Shown here: piece by piece, positions 39,045 through 49,966 of the stretch | Numbering within the stretch: position 1 is the first letter of the stretch | Layout: every line of letters starts with the position of its first letter | Source: a virus | Lineage: Duplodnaviria > Caudoviricetes | Length of the DNA stretch: 64,000 nt | Strand: one strand, 5' to 3' | Virus record (IMG/VR): IMGVR_UViG_3300001528_000425 | Span: 128,001 to 192,000 of that record | Notes under the pieces: model-generated | What the model was told of the DNA's origin: nothing | What the model saw: the letters and a program-made list of their open reading frames with translations, nothing else | Databases searched by the model: none | Position numbers and translations under genes: made by a program

Positions 39045-39509
39045 CGTTTCTTCAATGTAGTTCGTTACTTCTACATCCGAATGTGGTATCCACGAATGGA
39101 CCTGCATTCAGCTGTGGGTGTTACCCACATGTCGAGACTATATCTTCTTCTTGTATACCAAGTGATGAACACTACGCGTATGTTGGATCATACGTTACTC
39201 GAATTGGTCATACACAAGAAGTCTCCCGTTTCCGCCCACTTAGGCGTACACCGCGACAAACCGGTTAGTCGTTGAGCACACTCCTCATTACAAAAAAATA
39301 GGGGAGCTTCGCTACTGGTTGCCCCCGATGCATCGTAGATCCAACTACGATACACGGAGTCCGAAAGGACTCGCATAGAACTTCTTAATCCGTCACGCTT
39401 GTCGTTTCCAACTACGTTGTGGCGTTCTACACTTGTAGGATGTTCCAGTGATTAGGTGAGAGTTCAACCGGCTGTCGCCAGCCGGCCGGACAGGTTAACA
39501 AGATTCCCG

Positions 39510-40508
39510 TTACAGATAACTGTAACTCCAACCATCTGGAGCGTTTCTTCCGTGACAGTACTTCAATCGATAATTGAGACAGGTGATAGAAATGTTCATA
39601 TCATCTGCGCACGATCTCGTGTTGAAATATTCACGGATCTCTCCAGTTGTAGAGTGAACTGCTTTTACAGCTTTCCATCCCATGGTGTTGGCATATTCCA
39701 CATTTGGATTGCCAGTTGGTCTCCATGGTCTTGGATCTTCTTTGTATTTAATCTGCCAGAAACCCTTTACGACCGGATGATATTTTCCGGATAAGAAGAG
39801 CGACATAGACGCCAGAGATATCTCCAAAAATTTGGAAGCATCCGTGATTTTGGCAAATTCTATCTGCGCATCGTAAAGTATATTTCTAGCCAACACCGGT
39901 TTAGATCTACCGTACGAATCCATCTGCTGAGAGATGCTATCTAGTAAATCTGTTCTAGCATTCGGGTGCAGAGCGCGTTTGTATATCTTTCGTTCAGGAA
40001 ATATCTTTCCTGGTGCTTTTGTGAGACGATACAACACAGCATCTTTACTGATACCGATTGCCTTCGCACATGCAACATGACTAGGATAATAATCAACGCG
40101 TCCGGTGTCTATGTCGAGAACGAAAAGCGGAATGCACTTTGGAGATATTCCCATCTTTCCGGCGTGTTCAGTGTTTTCTTTTGAAGTACACCATTCAAGA
40201 TTTTCAACTCTATCATCTCCGGCTTTCCCGTTGAGATGATTGACTTGTAGTCCTCTGATGTTATCTCTCGGTTTGAATACCAAACATAGAAGTCTATGAC
40301 GCAGAGGCATCGTACGTATTTCATACGGCGCGTCGTTGTCTTGATGAACGTGAAATTGATAGTACGGTCCTTTGGCCAGTAGATGTGGCTCAATAATCTT
40401 ACCATCACGTTTACGTAGCATCACTCCTTCTCGACTGAGTAAATACTTGCTGTATCCAGGGATCTCGTAGAATCCTGGATATTCTTCACTTTCTTTTGGT
40501 TGCTGCAT
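39510..40508 (-). CDS. HNH homing endonuclease (NUMOD4-HNH-NUMOD1-like)
   Basis: FYEIPGYSKY, VNHLNG...DRVENLEWCTSKEN..H, C-terminal HTH-like repeats; AGGAG RBS before ATG 40508. Confidence 0.9.
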   Translation of the reverse strand: MQQPKESEEYPGFYEIPGYSKYLLSREGVMLRKRDGKIIEPHLLAKGPYYQFHVHQDNDAPYEIRTMPLRHRLLCLVFKPRDNIRGLQVNHLNGKAGDDRVENLEWCTSKENTEHAGKMGISPKCIPLFVLDIDTGRVDYYPSHVACAKAIGISKDAVLYRLTKAPGKIFPERKIYKRALHPNARTDLLDSISQQMDSYGRSKPVLARNILYDAQIEFAKITDASKFLEISLASMSLFLSGKYHPVVKGFWQIKYKEDPRPWRPTGNPNVEYANTMGWKAVKAVHSTTGEIREYFNTRSCADDMNISITCLNYRLKYCHGRNAPDGWSYSYL

Positions 40509-40546
40509 AAATAACTCCTGCAATTGATGGTCTTATGTTCAATTTG

Positions 40547-40556
40547 GTAATATATA
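40547..40556 (-). promoter_or_regulatory. Early-type promoter TATATATTAC inside the intron
   Basis: Exact TATATTAC ~40 nt upstream of the HNH start. Confidence 0.65.
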
Positions 40557-40602
40557 CATAAAACCTTGCAGAAGATACTTACGCTATGAGCTCTTGTAGA
40601 CT

Positions 40603-43600
40603 ATCGTCGTTAGTGACGCACGGCATCAGAATCGAGCTAATAGACAGGATATTGGACGGTTTCAGATCAGCGATATTCGGTGGAGAAGACATCCCTCGGG
40701 CGTTGACGATAATGGGGTCGACAGGAGCAATTGCATTCATGCCAACCTTGTAGTTGTCAACAGTAGCCTCGGAGATAGTCCCCATGGAGTCCGCTGAATA
40801 CTGACGGTCCGGAATACGAAACGATTCACCTTGTCGACCACCTGCACCTGCATGTGAGAACTTGGTGTACTGTTTAATATCGTCGATCGGGTTGATGATC
40901 GAGACATTGTCCATCAACTGTTCGGTCATGATCCTCTGTTTGATGAGGTATTCGCTGATCGACCAGGTTCTCTTGGCACCGATCGAACGATTCCGGTAAG
41001 TAGCGAATGCTCTTGCCAGTTCGTTGTAGATGATGCCAGTGATCTGTTCTACGCCTCTCAGTCGATAGTTCACAACTGAAGATGCAGGAAGATGTTCTCT
41101 GGTGGTGAGAAGTGTTGTTGCTCGGATCAGAAGATCTCGAACATTCGTTGGTTCTCTCATCTGTCTCAAGATGTCTCTGGTCATGGGATCGATGAACAGA
41201 TCGAAGAAATCGTCGATACCTTTGATGTTGTTCATGCTCAGTCCCTTGGTCTGGATGAGATCGTAATAGACGTTCTTGTCGTCCATGTCTTCGAATAGAA
41301 CATTCTTCAGATCGAAGTTGTTCAATCCTGCGAACAAGAGAGAGTTGACCTGAGGTGTACGACTGATGATCAATCGTTTATCTTGGAACCGAATGATGAT
41401 ATCCGAAGCTTTCGCATCGATACGCGAACCAACTTCTTCCAATCTGAAATCCACATTGCAGTATTTCAGCATCGTAGAGAGACCGAATCGATAAGACAGA
41501 GCGAAGATGACCGGAATGGATTTGTTCAGGAGTTTCAGATCAACCCACTCATTGAGTGGAGATGCTTGAACATCCGACAATTCCGCCAGCTTGTCGATCA
41601 TCGTTCCGACGAAAGTCTCCTCCCCAGAAGTGAGGTTGACTGATGTCAGTGTACCATCGACATGGATGAAATGAGCCGTAGAAGTACGGTTACTGAACCC
41701 GCAGAGGACTCCATACTTCTTCTCTTGCTCTTCGATTCCAGTTCTGAATTTCTCAGGAATCTCTGATACTCGATCGTCGTATTTGAAGAAGAATCGATCA
41801 TCGGCTACATCTCCTCTGTGAAATTCGACGTAATGATACTTCAACCCGATCGTTGTGTAATCGCTTGCCAATGGTATCATCGGATACTCGTTGGTACCGA
41901 AAGTGGTCGTGATCACAGACGAGGTCATTTTGTCGAAATACTTATCGATGTAAGCAAGGAAACTGTGTGCAACGTTCGTGTTACGTTCAATCAAACACTT
42001 GTTGTAGTTGGAGTTCAACGTAACACGAGTCGGACTGACCTTGCAGATCGGGTTGGAGATGCGTTGCTTGCTCAGCGACTTGATCGATCCATTTACCAGA
42101 CAACGTCCGGTTTCATCGATGTTAGGGATCGTGAACCGAATGGTGTGGTTCTTGTGCCTGGAGTCTTCGTACCGGAAGACGTACTCTTTCAAGTCGTTCA
42201 TAGCATCAGATACCGTCTTCTCTTCCACATCCGTCAGGAACATGCCCTGTGGAGCGAAGGAAGTGGCAACTGCAGCTAAGTCTTTCTTGAAGACTCTCTG
42301 AGTGTAGACCTGATCCAATGTTTCGATCGTTGATCCAGTCATATCGGGCATGGGAACTTCTTCCTTAATGAAAGGAAGTTCGTTGTCCTCCACATGGATC
42401 TCTGCAGGTTTACTGAGAAGTTCACCGATCGGTTCTCCACCGATCTTGATCTCCTTGTATTTCTTGGATACCGTGACAGCATGCGTTGCTTGGGCTTTGG
42501 TTAGATCGGAAGTTTTCTCCACTGCAGTCTCTGCAGCTTTGTCCAACTCCTCAACATCCTTGGCAGCGAACTCGGTCTGATCCACTTCTGGAAGAGGTTT
42601 GGTGAATCCAGGAGTATTGGGTACGTCCTTATTGGTATTCACGGTAACTAACTCTTCCTGAGCGATGTCAGCTTCATCTTCTGTCACCACACCCTCTGCA
42701 CCACGATCAGCCAACCGATTGATCTGATTCATCAGACGCAACAGCAAAGCATTGCTTCTGCCGTTCAACTGTTTGAGGGTTTTCAGGTTGTAAGCGAGGA
42801 AGCTATCTCCAGCTGTAAAGATAAAGTTGACTTTATCCCAGTACTGGGTGGGGAGTAATTCGAAGATGGATGAGTTGAAGTTCTGCCATGTCTCGAACGC
42901 TTCCATGGCACCGACTACTTCATCTTCCATCTTACCCATCTCGTAACTTCGCAGGTAGGAGAGGAAATCAGCATCGGTGAGACCAGTCAGCTCGTTCTCT
43001 TCGTGCTGCCAGCCTTCCATGGCGGCATTGGCTTCATCTTCCTCTTCTTTGGTCATTTCGACAACTGGTTTATCGTCAACTTTGATGTTCCGGTTGGCGA
43101 TGATAGCGTAGAAGTGAGCCAAGAACAGATACTGGGGAATTTCTGGATAGACCAGAGAAACCTTATCCATCTGTTTGAACACTCGCATGAAGTGTTTCTT
43201 CTCGAATCGCATGGCCGCAAGCGGAATGTGGATGAAGTGTTGACGATTCGGTGCTTCTACCAACTTGTTCATGATGGTCGCAAGCATGAACGCCATGAAC
43301 TTCATCCGCCGTCGCATGCCAGTTACTCTGGCACGATAGAGCGGGTTGTAGTTGACGATGTCGATCGTAACAGCACGTTCTGGCATCTCGGTGATGCTGT
43401 TAAGGATACGGATACCTGGCATATTGGCTCGCTTATAAGCGGCCAGTGCTGTCAATAATCCAGCAGAAGGAAAGATGATGCCTTTGGTGTCGAACGGAAT
43501 GAGAGGTTCTTCTCCTCGTCCAGCGGGACCTGTGACGTGAACGACGAACTTCTTGTGATCGTTCAGATTGATGATTGGGTTGTCCGGTCGAGGAGCCATG

Positions 43601-43749
43601 GAAGGAGGATCGACCATCTGGAAGTTATCCAGCACATGCAGGATCGTCTCCAGTGGCATCTCCGGAACATCAGCCAACTGTTTTAACTCGTTGAACTGAG
43701 AAGCCCTCCAAATCATCTGTCGACGGACAAAGTTTGGGTATCTTATCAT
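40603..43749 (-). CDS. Virion RNA polymerase beta subunit (phiKZ gp178-like), exon 1
   Basis: KVSPTRVTLNSNYNK, YRLRGVE, INPI, GGR, GTISEATVD..KVG, MPCVTNDD; AME sites after an N-terminal propeptide; spliced length ~1434 aa. Confidence 0.88.
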
Positions 43750-43779
43750 GAGATAAACTCCTGAGGTTGAATGTTAAAG

Positions 43780-43794
43780 CATAAGATGGCGGGT
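43780..43794 (-). promoter_or_regulatory. Late promoter motif ACCCGCCATCTTATG
   Basis: TATG core; near-identical copies at 62805 and 47538. Confidence 0.65.
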
Positions 43795-43890
43795 TCCTTT
43801 ATTCCTATACTTATCTCCCCCATTGTATACAAGTAAAGACGGTGTGTGTCGTTTAGTTCGTCTACTTAATCCTTAACTAAAGGTGAAACA

Positions 43891-44979
43891 ATGCGATTTA
43901 TTGTACCTAAGGCCAGCAAGCAAGAGCTTGTTGTCACGGATAGCATGCTTGTTTCCGCCGCGGAAAGTCTCAGCGAAGAGCGGGAGGAACTCACTGCTGC
44001 CATCAATGAACATTCCGAGGCTGAACAAAAACTCGAGGCTATCAATGCCACCGCACTCGCCCTGGAAACCATGGGCTACACGGACACTTTCCTGACCATC
44101 TACAACCGCGACGGCGTTCTGCTGTCTGAGCTCGGCCTGGTCAATGTGGTCAGTGGATCGATGGAAGGCATGGACGAAGCCAGCAAGGCGGAAGATGCGA
44201 AGAAGGTCAAAGAAGGCCTCGATGAAGCCAAAACCAAAGCGGAAGGTGTGCGTTCTAACGCTGCCAAACGCATGGTCGAAGCCGCGATCACCTTCCTACG
44301 GAAGTGGTTCACGACCAACGAGTATCTGGCGAAATCCATCGCCAAGAACACCGAGAAACTCAGCTCTATGAATGAGAAAGAGTTCGCGGAGATGCCGGCA
44401 ACGATCTTCTCCGATGATCAGCTGCAAGCCGTCTTCGGTGCCACTGCTCCGGTCATGGCTCTGCTGAAGAAGGTTCTCGAAAAGGGAGTCGCCGCTTACA
44501 GCAAGAAGGAAGGCTCTCCGAGTGAAGTCGAGTTCTGGAAATCCATCGGCTGGTCCAACAAGATCTCTGCGATCGGCATCACGCTTGGCGATCATGGCAT
44601 CACCATCGATACTGCCAAACCCAAAGCCACCAAAACCACCTACGGCGAAGCCAGCTGGACCAAACCTTTCCTGACCAGTGCTTCCAAAGAAGCGCAGGCG
44701 GCTCTCCGCTGGAACCGTAAGGAACTGGCGACGATCATGAAGGCTCTGGACAAAGCTGCAGTTTCGGCTGTTACTCAAAACAGTGGTGAAACCGATCTCC
44801 CGACTCTGTTCAAGATCACTGGCACGGCGATCCGTATCGCCAAACGTCAGTCCACCCTGCTTTCTTCTGCCGCAACCCAGGTTGATCTCGCGATCCGACG
44901 AGCGGCTGGCGTCAGCAGCAAGGAAGCTGAACCGAAGAAGGATGACGAGGCTGCCAAGAAAGACGAAGCCAAGAAGTAA
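43891..44979 (+). CDS. Internal head protein
   Basis: AAES, ALE, SME sites; DTFL..YN..G.L..ELG segment resembles 52525. Confidence 0.75.
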   Translation: MRFIVPKASKQELVVTDSMLVSAAESLSEEREELTAAINEHSEAEQKLEAINATALALETMGYTDTFLTIYNRDGVLLSELGLVNVVSGSMEGMDEASKAEDAKKVKEGLDEAKTKAEGVRSNAAKRMVEAAITFLRKWFTTNEYLAKSIAKNTEKLSSMNEKEFAEMPATIFSDDQLQAVFGATAPVMALLKKVLEKGVAAYSKKEGSPSEVEFWKSIGWSNKISAIGITLGDHGITIDTAKPKATKTTYGEASWTKPFLTSASKEAQAALRWNRKELATIMKALDKAAVSAVTQNSGETDLPTLFKITGTAIRIAKRQSTLLSSAATQVDLAIRRAAGVSSKEAEPKKDDEAAKKDEAKK

Positions 44980-45000
44980 CACTTCTTATACACAAAGGAT

Positions 45001-45036
45001 CAGTTAGGGTAGGCGGATATCCGCCTACCCTAACTG
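45001..45036. terminator. Bidirectional terminator, perfect palindrome
   Basis: CAGTTAGGGTAGGCGGATATCCGCCTACCCTAACTG. Confidence 0.85.
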
Positions 45037-45049
45037 TATCTTATCGTTG

Positions 45050-47503
45050 TTATTTGAGATCTTCCGGATCAGGATCTTCTGTCATGTTGTACATGGTAAG
45101 AGACACCAAGTCATCGAAAGCAAGTAGAAGCTTGCCACTCGGTGACAGATAGTTATTCAAAGTCTTGAGATAACCCAAGGCTTCTTCATTGGCTTCCTTA
45201 CTTAAGATAGGAACCCAGTTGACAGTGTCATAGACGACTACACCTTCGTTAACAACAAAGACTTTCGTGGATTCCACAAGGAAGTCGTAGACTCTCTGCG
45301 GACCGAGAGTAGTGATGTTCTTCGGATAACTCCAGATGATATCCTTATTGTTCAATCGCTGCCACAGGGGAGTTTCTTTCCCGATATAGTCAGCGTATTG
45401 CATCAGTTCATCCCTCTGGATAAATCCTAAAGTCTTGACTCCCGTATAGGTTCTCAGATAGTTTTCTTCCTCTACGGTGAGAGGAATAACATCATCTTCC
45501 CGATCGTGTACAATGGGAGAGCTCCAATTGTCCGAATCTCCGAATAACGGTTTCCGTTTGAACACCGGAATCCTTGTGGTTGCGTTCGTATCCTTAGGAG
45601 CAATCCGTCGAAGACCTCCAGTATTCTGATCGAATACCGCCAAAGATTCATTGGTAGAAACTCCGATCTCACGATTTGCTACCGTACAAGACACAGCTTC
45701 GCAATCATCTTCGATTGTCACGCCAGAAATAGGTTCCCAGGAACCTTGGTTGGGACCGGATTGATAACTCATGATTTCGCAACCAGGAGCTACATCGAAG
45801 ACTCTCGCTCCATTTCTGTCGAGTTTGAACGGACCGGTGACCGGAAACTCTTGCATCTGGATCTCACAGTAGTTCCATCCATCTTTGGTGAGGAACGTCT
45901 TATCCTTCAGATTCTTGAGGATCGAATCTTTGTCGAGTTGACTTGCCGAATAATCGGCCGTCTGCAACTGAGTATACCAAAGATTGGTATATCTCAAGGT
46001 TACAGTCGTAGTACCAATAAGGCAGTTCCCATCGAAATCTCCCCCTAACGGCGCAAGTCGACTTGGGTGTAGAAGCAATGCATCGGTGAACGAACTGTTC
46101 AAGATCGGATACTCCGGCATCGTAACTGGTTCAGTTGATCCATTGATCAGTTGAACAACTCTGGAAGGTACCGTGGAGATCAGGTGGATCTTCGATACAT
46201 AGATACTGCCGGCATCCGTTACCGGATATCGAGTTACTGTTCCAGTCTTACCGATCGAAGACATCCAAGTTGCGATATACAAGATCTCGCAATAGGTGAT
46301 CGGTCGGAGTCTGGAAGGATCATACAGCAGGTTCATCTTCTCCAACTGTTGTTTCAGGGAGTTGACATCACGTACAAGGATGATCTGTTGATCCAAGTCA
46401 TAGATCATGAACATGTAGTAATGTTTCTTATTCTCTGTCTCAACTGTGAGAGGACGGAACCTGAAATCAGCATCCTGAAACAAATCGATCATCTTGACAA
46501 TACCTTCACTGGAGAGTAATCGGTCTTTCTCGGATTCAGTGATCGGCTGATATTCCAGCTGAAGGGTTTGCGGATTGATCAAACTCACTTGATCAGAACT
46601 GGCACTCAAGACAGTACTGAAGAAGAACTGTTTCAGGTTGTAAATGACCAGAGGTTGTAAGGCTTTGGCTGCTTGAAACAGAGGAACTTTGGTCTCATCG
46701 ACTTTATGGTACTGCGGATCTTTGGGATCTTTAGCAGCCATAATGGAAGATGCGATCACGTTACGAGTTCCAAGAGCAAGTGCACGTGCACCGTACTTCG
46801 ATTCCAGGAACCCTTTCTTCCCGGTCATCATACTGAGGATGTGAAGATAGATTTCATTCACTTTCCTCTGGATCGCGTAATGCACACTGTCGTAGATCGG
46901 ACGTTGCCAGGCCGAAGGCGGCATAGCCTTACAATTGTTCATCAACGACATGTAAAGGTTGTTGACAACATCTTTCTCTTGTTTCCCATCGGTGATCCGA
47001 ATGTCTCGGATACCAGCAGGGAGAACCAGGAATTTGTCGATCAGCAGCCGATCTGGGAATTGCAGGATCAGATCGATCTTGTCTTCCCGTTTAAGAGAGG
47101 CGTTCTTTCGCCAATTGATTTCTGGGAAGTGAGTGAGGAAGAAAGTGAATCCAGTGTCAGCTTCTGGATCATCTTCCGAAGCATGGTCGAAGTCACCGAG
47201 TTCCTTGTTCCAGGTAGCATATGACTTACCAGACATAATGTCAACATAGAAAGATTTCAGTGCTTTCAGGTTCTGGAAAATAAGCGGATGAAAGACTTTA
47301 CAGTTCAGGTTGATCCAGCCGAAGCGAATCAATCGAGCGTTGGTTCCGATCTGTCCGAAGATCTCCTCAGAGAATAAACCCTGAGGATGGAACATGTTAC
47401 TGGAAGGCTCACGGATCAGCGGAGAAGTGACCTCAAGCATGTTGTACTTGGCGATCTCTTTCTCCACATCCATGAGCGAAAGATTAAATGGATCTCTTGC
47501 CAT
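45050..47503 (-). CDS. Virion RNA polymerase beta' catalytic subunit (phiKZ gp180-like), intein-containing
   Basis: FHPQGLFSEEIFG, VLPAGIRD, GKKG, GTRNVI, TRYPV, LGGDFDG; ~551 aa without the intein. Confidence 0.9.
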   Translation of the reverse strand: MARDPFNLSLMDVEKEIAKYNMLEVTSPLIREPSSNMFHPQGLFSEEIFGQIGTNARLIRFGWINLNCKVFHPLIFQNLKALKSFYVDIMSGKSYATWNKELGDFDHASEDDPEADTGFTFFLTHFPEINWRKNASLKREDKIDLILQFPDRLLIDKFLVLPAGIRDIRITDGKQEKDVVNNLYMSLMNNCKAMPPSAWQRPIYDSVHYAIQRKVNEIYLHILSMMTGKKGFLESKYGARALALGTRNVIASSIMAAKDPKDPQYHKVDETKVPLFQAAKALQPLVIYNLKQFFFSTVLSASSDQVSLINPQTLQLEYQPITESEKDRLLSSEGIVKMIDLFQDADFRFRPLTVETENKKHYYMFMIYDLDQQIILVRDVNSLKQQLEKMNLLYDPSRLRPITYCEILYIATWMSSIGKTGTVTRYPVTDAGSIYVSKIHLISTVPSRVVQLINGSTEPVTMPEYPILNSSFTDALLLHPSRLAPLGGDFDGNCLIGTTTVTLRYTNLWYTQLQTADYSASQLDKDSILKNLKDKTFLTKDGWNYCEIQMQEFPVTGPFKLDRNGARVFDVAPGCEIMSYQSGPNQGSWEPISGVTIEDDCEAVSCTVANREIGVSTNESLAVFDQNTGGLRRIAPKDTNATTRIPVFKRKPLFGDSDNWSSPIVHDREDDVIPLTVEEENYLRTYTGVKTLGFIQRDELMQYADYIGKETPLWQRLNNKDIIWSYPKNITTLGPQRVYDFLVESTKVFVVNEGVVVYDTVNWVPILSKEANEEALGYLKTLNNYLSPSGKLLLAFDDLVSLTMYNMTEDPDPEDLK
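45227..46024 (-). mobile_element. Atypical 266-aa mini-intein in the RNAP catalytic motif
   Basis: Block A CLIGTT, block F/G RVYDFLVESTKVFVVNEGVVVYD followed by Thr; no LAGLIDADG seen. Confidence 0.85.
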
Positions 47504-47537
47504 AGAGCACTCCAATGTTATTTATTTAAGCAGTTTG

Positions 47538-47574
47538 TATAAGATGGCGTGTTCCTGTATCTGACCATTCTATG
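47538..47574. promoter_or_regulatory. Back-to-back late promoter motifs
   Basis: CGCCATCTTATA on the minus strand and ACCATTCTATG on the plus strand between divergent genes. Confidence 0.55.
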
Positions 47575-47620
47575 CAGATTTTACTACTACTGTAACGCCC
47601 CTTATAAGGAGATTATAACA

Positions 47621-49012
47621 ATGCTTTACGCCTTTATCAACGACACTGCGGCATGGAGACGTGCTACTGGTTTGTCGGAGCTGGTCAATTATGACCAAGG
47701 AGCGATGTTCCTCGATGAACAGATGGTGAACTACTTCAACGTTCCCGTCAAGATCGGCGATACACGCAAACAGCGTCTGGCGATCTCCGTGGACACTTCT
47801 TCCGGTGAATCGGTGAGCGGTGTTCCGGATGGCATGATGCATCTGATGTTGGACAAAGACAAACTCGGTGGAGTTGATTTCAATTCCGTTACGGCCAACG
47901 AATACGGTCAGTTGTTCAACATCATCGAATTGTGTTTTACTTCTCAGAATCGTACAGCGGCTTACCTCAACGCCCAGATGGAATCCAACTCCATCTACGG
48001 CGTTTACATGGTTGGCTCTCTGAAGATCTCAGGGTCGTATGTGACTCTGGACAACTACTATCTTCAGAACAACTTGATCGCTCGTCCGATGATCCGTTCG
48101 TGGATCGAATTCCGAGTTGCTCTGGCAGGTCAAGTTGTGGACTTCCACATCTGGGCGGAACGAGATCAATTCCGCGCCGACTACCCGTTCACCACGATGA
48201 CCGCTGTGGTGTATCCGTGCGAACCGGCACAGATCCTGACCCTGAACGATATGGAGAACGTCGCCAAGATGCTGCAGGAAGGATCACTGACCTCCACAGC
48301 GATCACCGCTACCGAGATGGCAGCTGATGACCACTCCGGTATGTATCGGTTCAAATGCAAATATAACAACTCAATCCTCGGGATCGGAAGATACTCTTTC
48401 TATTTCGGTGTGATGTATAAAGGTCGTGCGCCTTCTCGTGAAGAAGCGCGACAGTTCATCAAGACCGATCTGCTCGAGAAAACCAATACCACTGAAGATA
48501 TCTGGATCGATGTTCTTCCGGACCTGTTCGCCAGAGCTTCGTTCATGTTGGTTCCGATCTGGGGTAACTACTCCAGGAACGAGGCCAATGAGACGATCAA
48601 GTTCGGTGTTTATGATGCTCAGGTTTTTGCCAAGGCATTGAAAGCAACTTATCCGGATTACAATCAATCCAACATCGACGAGTATGCGGAAGTGCTGACA
48701 GTGGCATCTTCCGATATTCTGGTTGCTGCGATCCCGGGTACGGACAATGATGCTGCTAACAAACAGCTGTCCGCTATTCATCCGACTTACATGGGTGTCT
48801 CTAACGACGATCCTCTGTTCAGCAAACAATCCACCATCACTCAGCAGTTCAGTGAACAACTGAACGATACGATGGGAACATTGATTGCTGCTGGCAGTAG
48901 CAACGTCGTAGATGCGGATGTCGTATACGGATTACGGCATCTCTCGTTCTCGGTCAATGGTGTCGATTACCACGTGCTGATCAAGGCTGATTATCCGCTC
49001 AGTGGCATTTAA
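47621..49012 (+). CDS. Probable virion structural protein
   Basis: Start MLYAF after AAGGAG; heads a late operon. Confidence 0.7.
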   Translation: MLYAFINDTAAWRRATGLSELVNYDQGAMFLDEQMVNYFNVPVKIGDTRKQRLAISVDTSSGESVSGVPDGMMHLMLDKDKLGGVDFNSVTANEYGQLFNIIELCFTSQNRTAAYLNAQMESNSIYGVYMVGSLKISGSYVTLDNYYLQNNLIARPMIRSWIEFRVALAGQVVDFHIWAERDQFRADYPFTTMTAVVYPCEPAQILTLNDMENVAKMLQEGSLTSTAITATEMAADDHSGMYRFKCKYNNSILGIGRYSFYFGVMYKGRAPSREEARQFIKTDLLEKTNTTEDIWIDVLPDLFARASFMLVPIWGNYSRNEANETIKFGVYDAQVFAKALKATYPDYNQSNIDEYAEVLTVASSDILVAAIPGTDNDAANKQLSAIHPTYMGVSNDDPLFSKQSTITQQFSEQLNDTMGTLIAAGSSNVVDADVVYGLRHLSFSVNGVDYHVLIKADYPLSGI

Positions 49013-49023
49013 GGAGAAGTTCC

Positions 49024-49938
49024 ATGCAACAACTTAAACTCGGAAGTACCTATCGGGTAACATTCAAACCTGAGTTTGCCATACATGGATACCAGAAAGC
49101 CACGGAAGAGAATTCGGAACCAACTTTCCTACATGAAGGAAAGGGTGTAGCCAGAATCGAAGCGATGATGTCGTTCAACGATCTGGTGAAATCTGGTATC
49201 AACTTGTATGAGTCATTCTTCAAACCGTGTGGGATCACCGAGGAACAATACCTGCGATATTTTGATGGGAAACCCGACGATATCGCAGGTGGTACGGTAG
49301 AGGATGAAGAAGGCAATGTGGTGAATATCACGGAACGTGTCTTCTCTTCCGTTAACTATTCCAACTACCCCATTTACAAATTCGTGGATGCGATCGACTC
49401 CACCGATACGTATTACGTTCCTCAAGAGGCTATGGCCTCGTTCCCTGAAGTGGATATCAATCCATATCTGAAGTTGATGATGACTGTTGACTTCGGTGCG
49501 TGGGCTGATGTGTCCCAACTTCAGAACATCGAGAAAGTGATCGCCGATAACCTGAACCTCTTCGGTCTCAAAACCGCAGACGTTCGCATGATGGTCTATG
49601 ACACGGTTTTCATGACTACCAAAGAGTATGAAGAGATGGATGCTGAACGGAAACCGGAAGGTTCCGTTGTCGTGGAACTTACCACGGAGAACATCTCTCT
49701 CTACGTCAACACGAGATACATCCTCAGCAAAGACGGTACTCTCACGAAACTAACGGATGCCAATCAATCCGAGTACATCGGAAAGACGGTTACGTTGGTT
49801 TCGCTCAACTCTTCGTTTGCTACCAACTATTTCCTTCGTTGGAAACTTGCTGAGCAAGAACTGTTGGAAACACAAGCGCGCTGTCAAGCTCTTGAAGAAC
49901 TGGTGATCCAGTTGTCCAAAGGCGAGCAGAACCCGTAA
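49024..49938 (+). CDS. Probable virion structural protein with C-terminal coiled coil
   Basis: AAGGAG RBS; operon context. Confidence 0.7.
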   Translation: MQQLKLGSTYRVTFKPEFAIHGYQKATEENSEPTFLHEGKGVARIEAMMSFNDLVKSGINLYESFFKPCGITEEQYLRYFDGKPDDIAGGTVEDEEGNVVNITERVFSSVNYSNYPIYKFVDAIDSTDTYYVPQEAMASFPEVDINPYLKLMMTVDFGAWADVSQLQNIEKVIADNLNLFGLKTADVRMMVYDTVFMTTKEYEEMDAERKPEGSVVVELTTENISLYVNTRYILSKDGTLTKLTDANQSEYIGKTVTLVSLNSSFATNYFLRWKLAEQELLETQARCQALEELVIQLSKGEQNP

Positions 49939-49966
49939 TCGTTCTACTTAAACAAGGAATCTACCT

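Larger units (their letters stand above)
39045..40602 (-). mobile_element. Group I intron (IA-like) carrying a homing endonuclease
   Basis: P AATCACTGGAACATCCT (39437-53), Q GGCAACCAGTAGCGAAGC (~39306-24), R TCAACGACTA (39266-75), S AAGATATAGTC (39136-46). Exon 1 ends in U, intron ends in G, and joining restores NDD|GKRA in frame. Confidence 0.9.
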
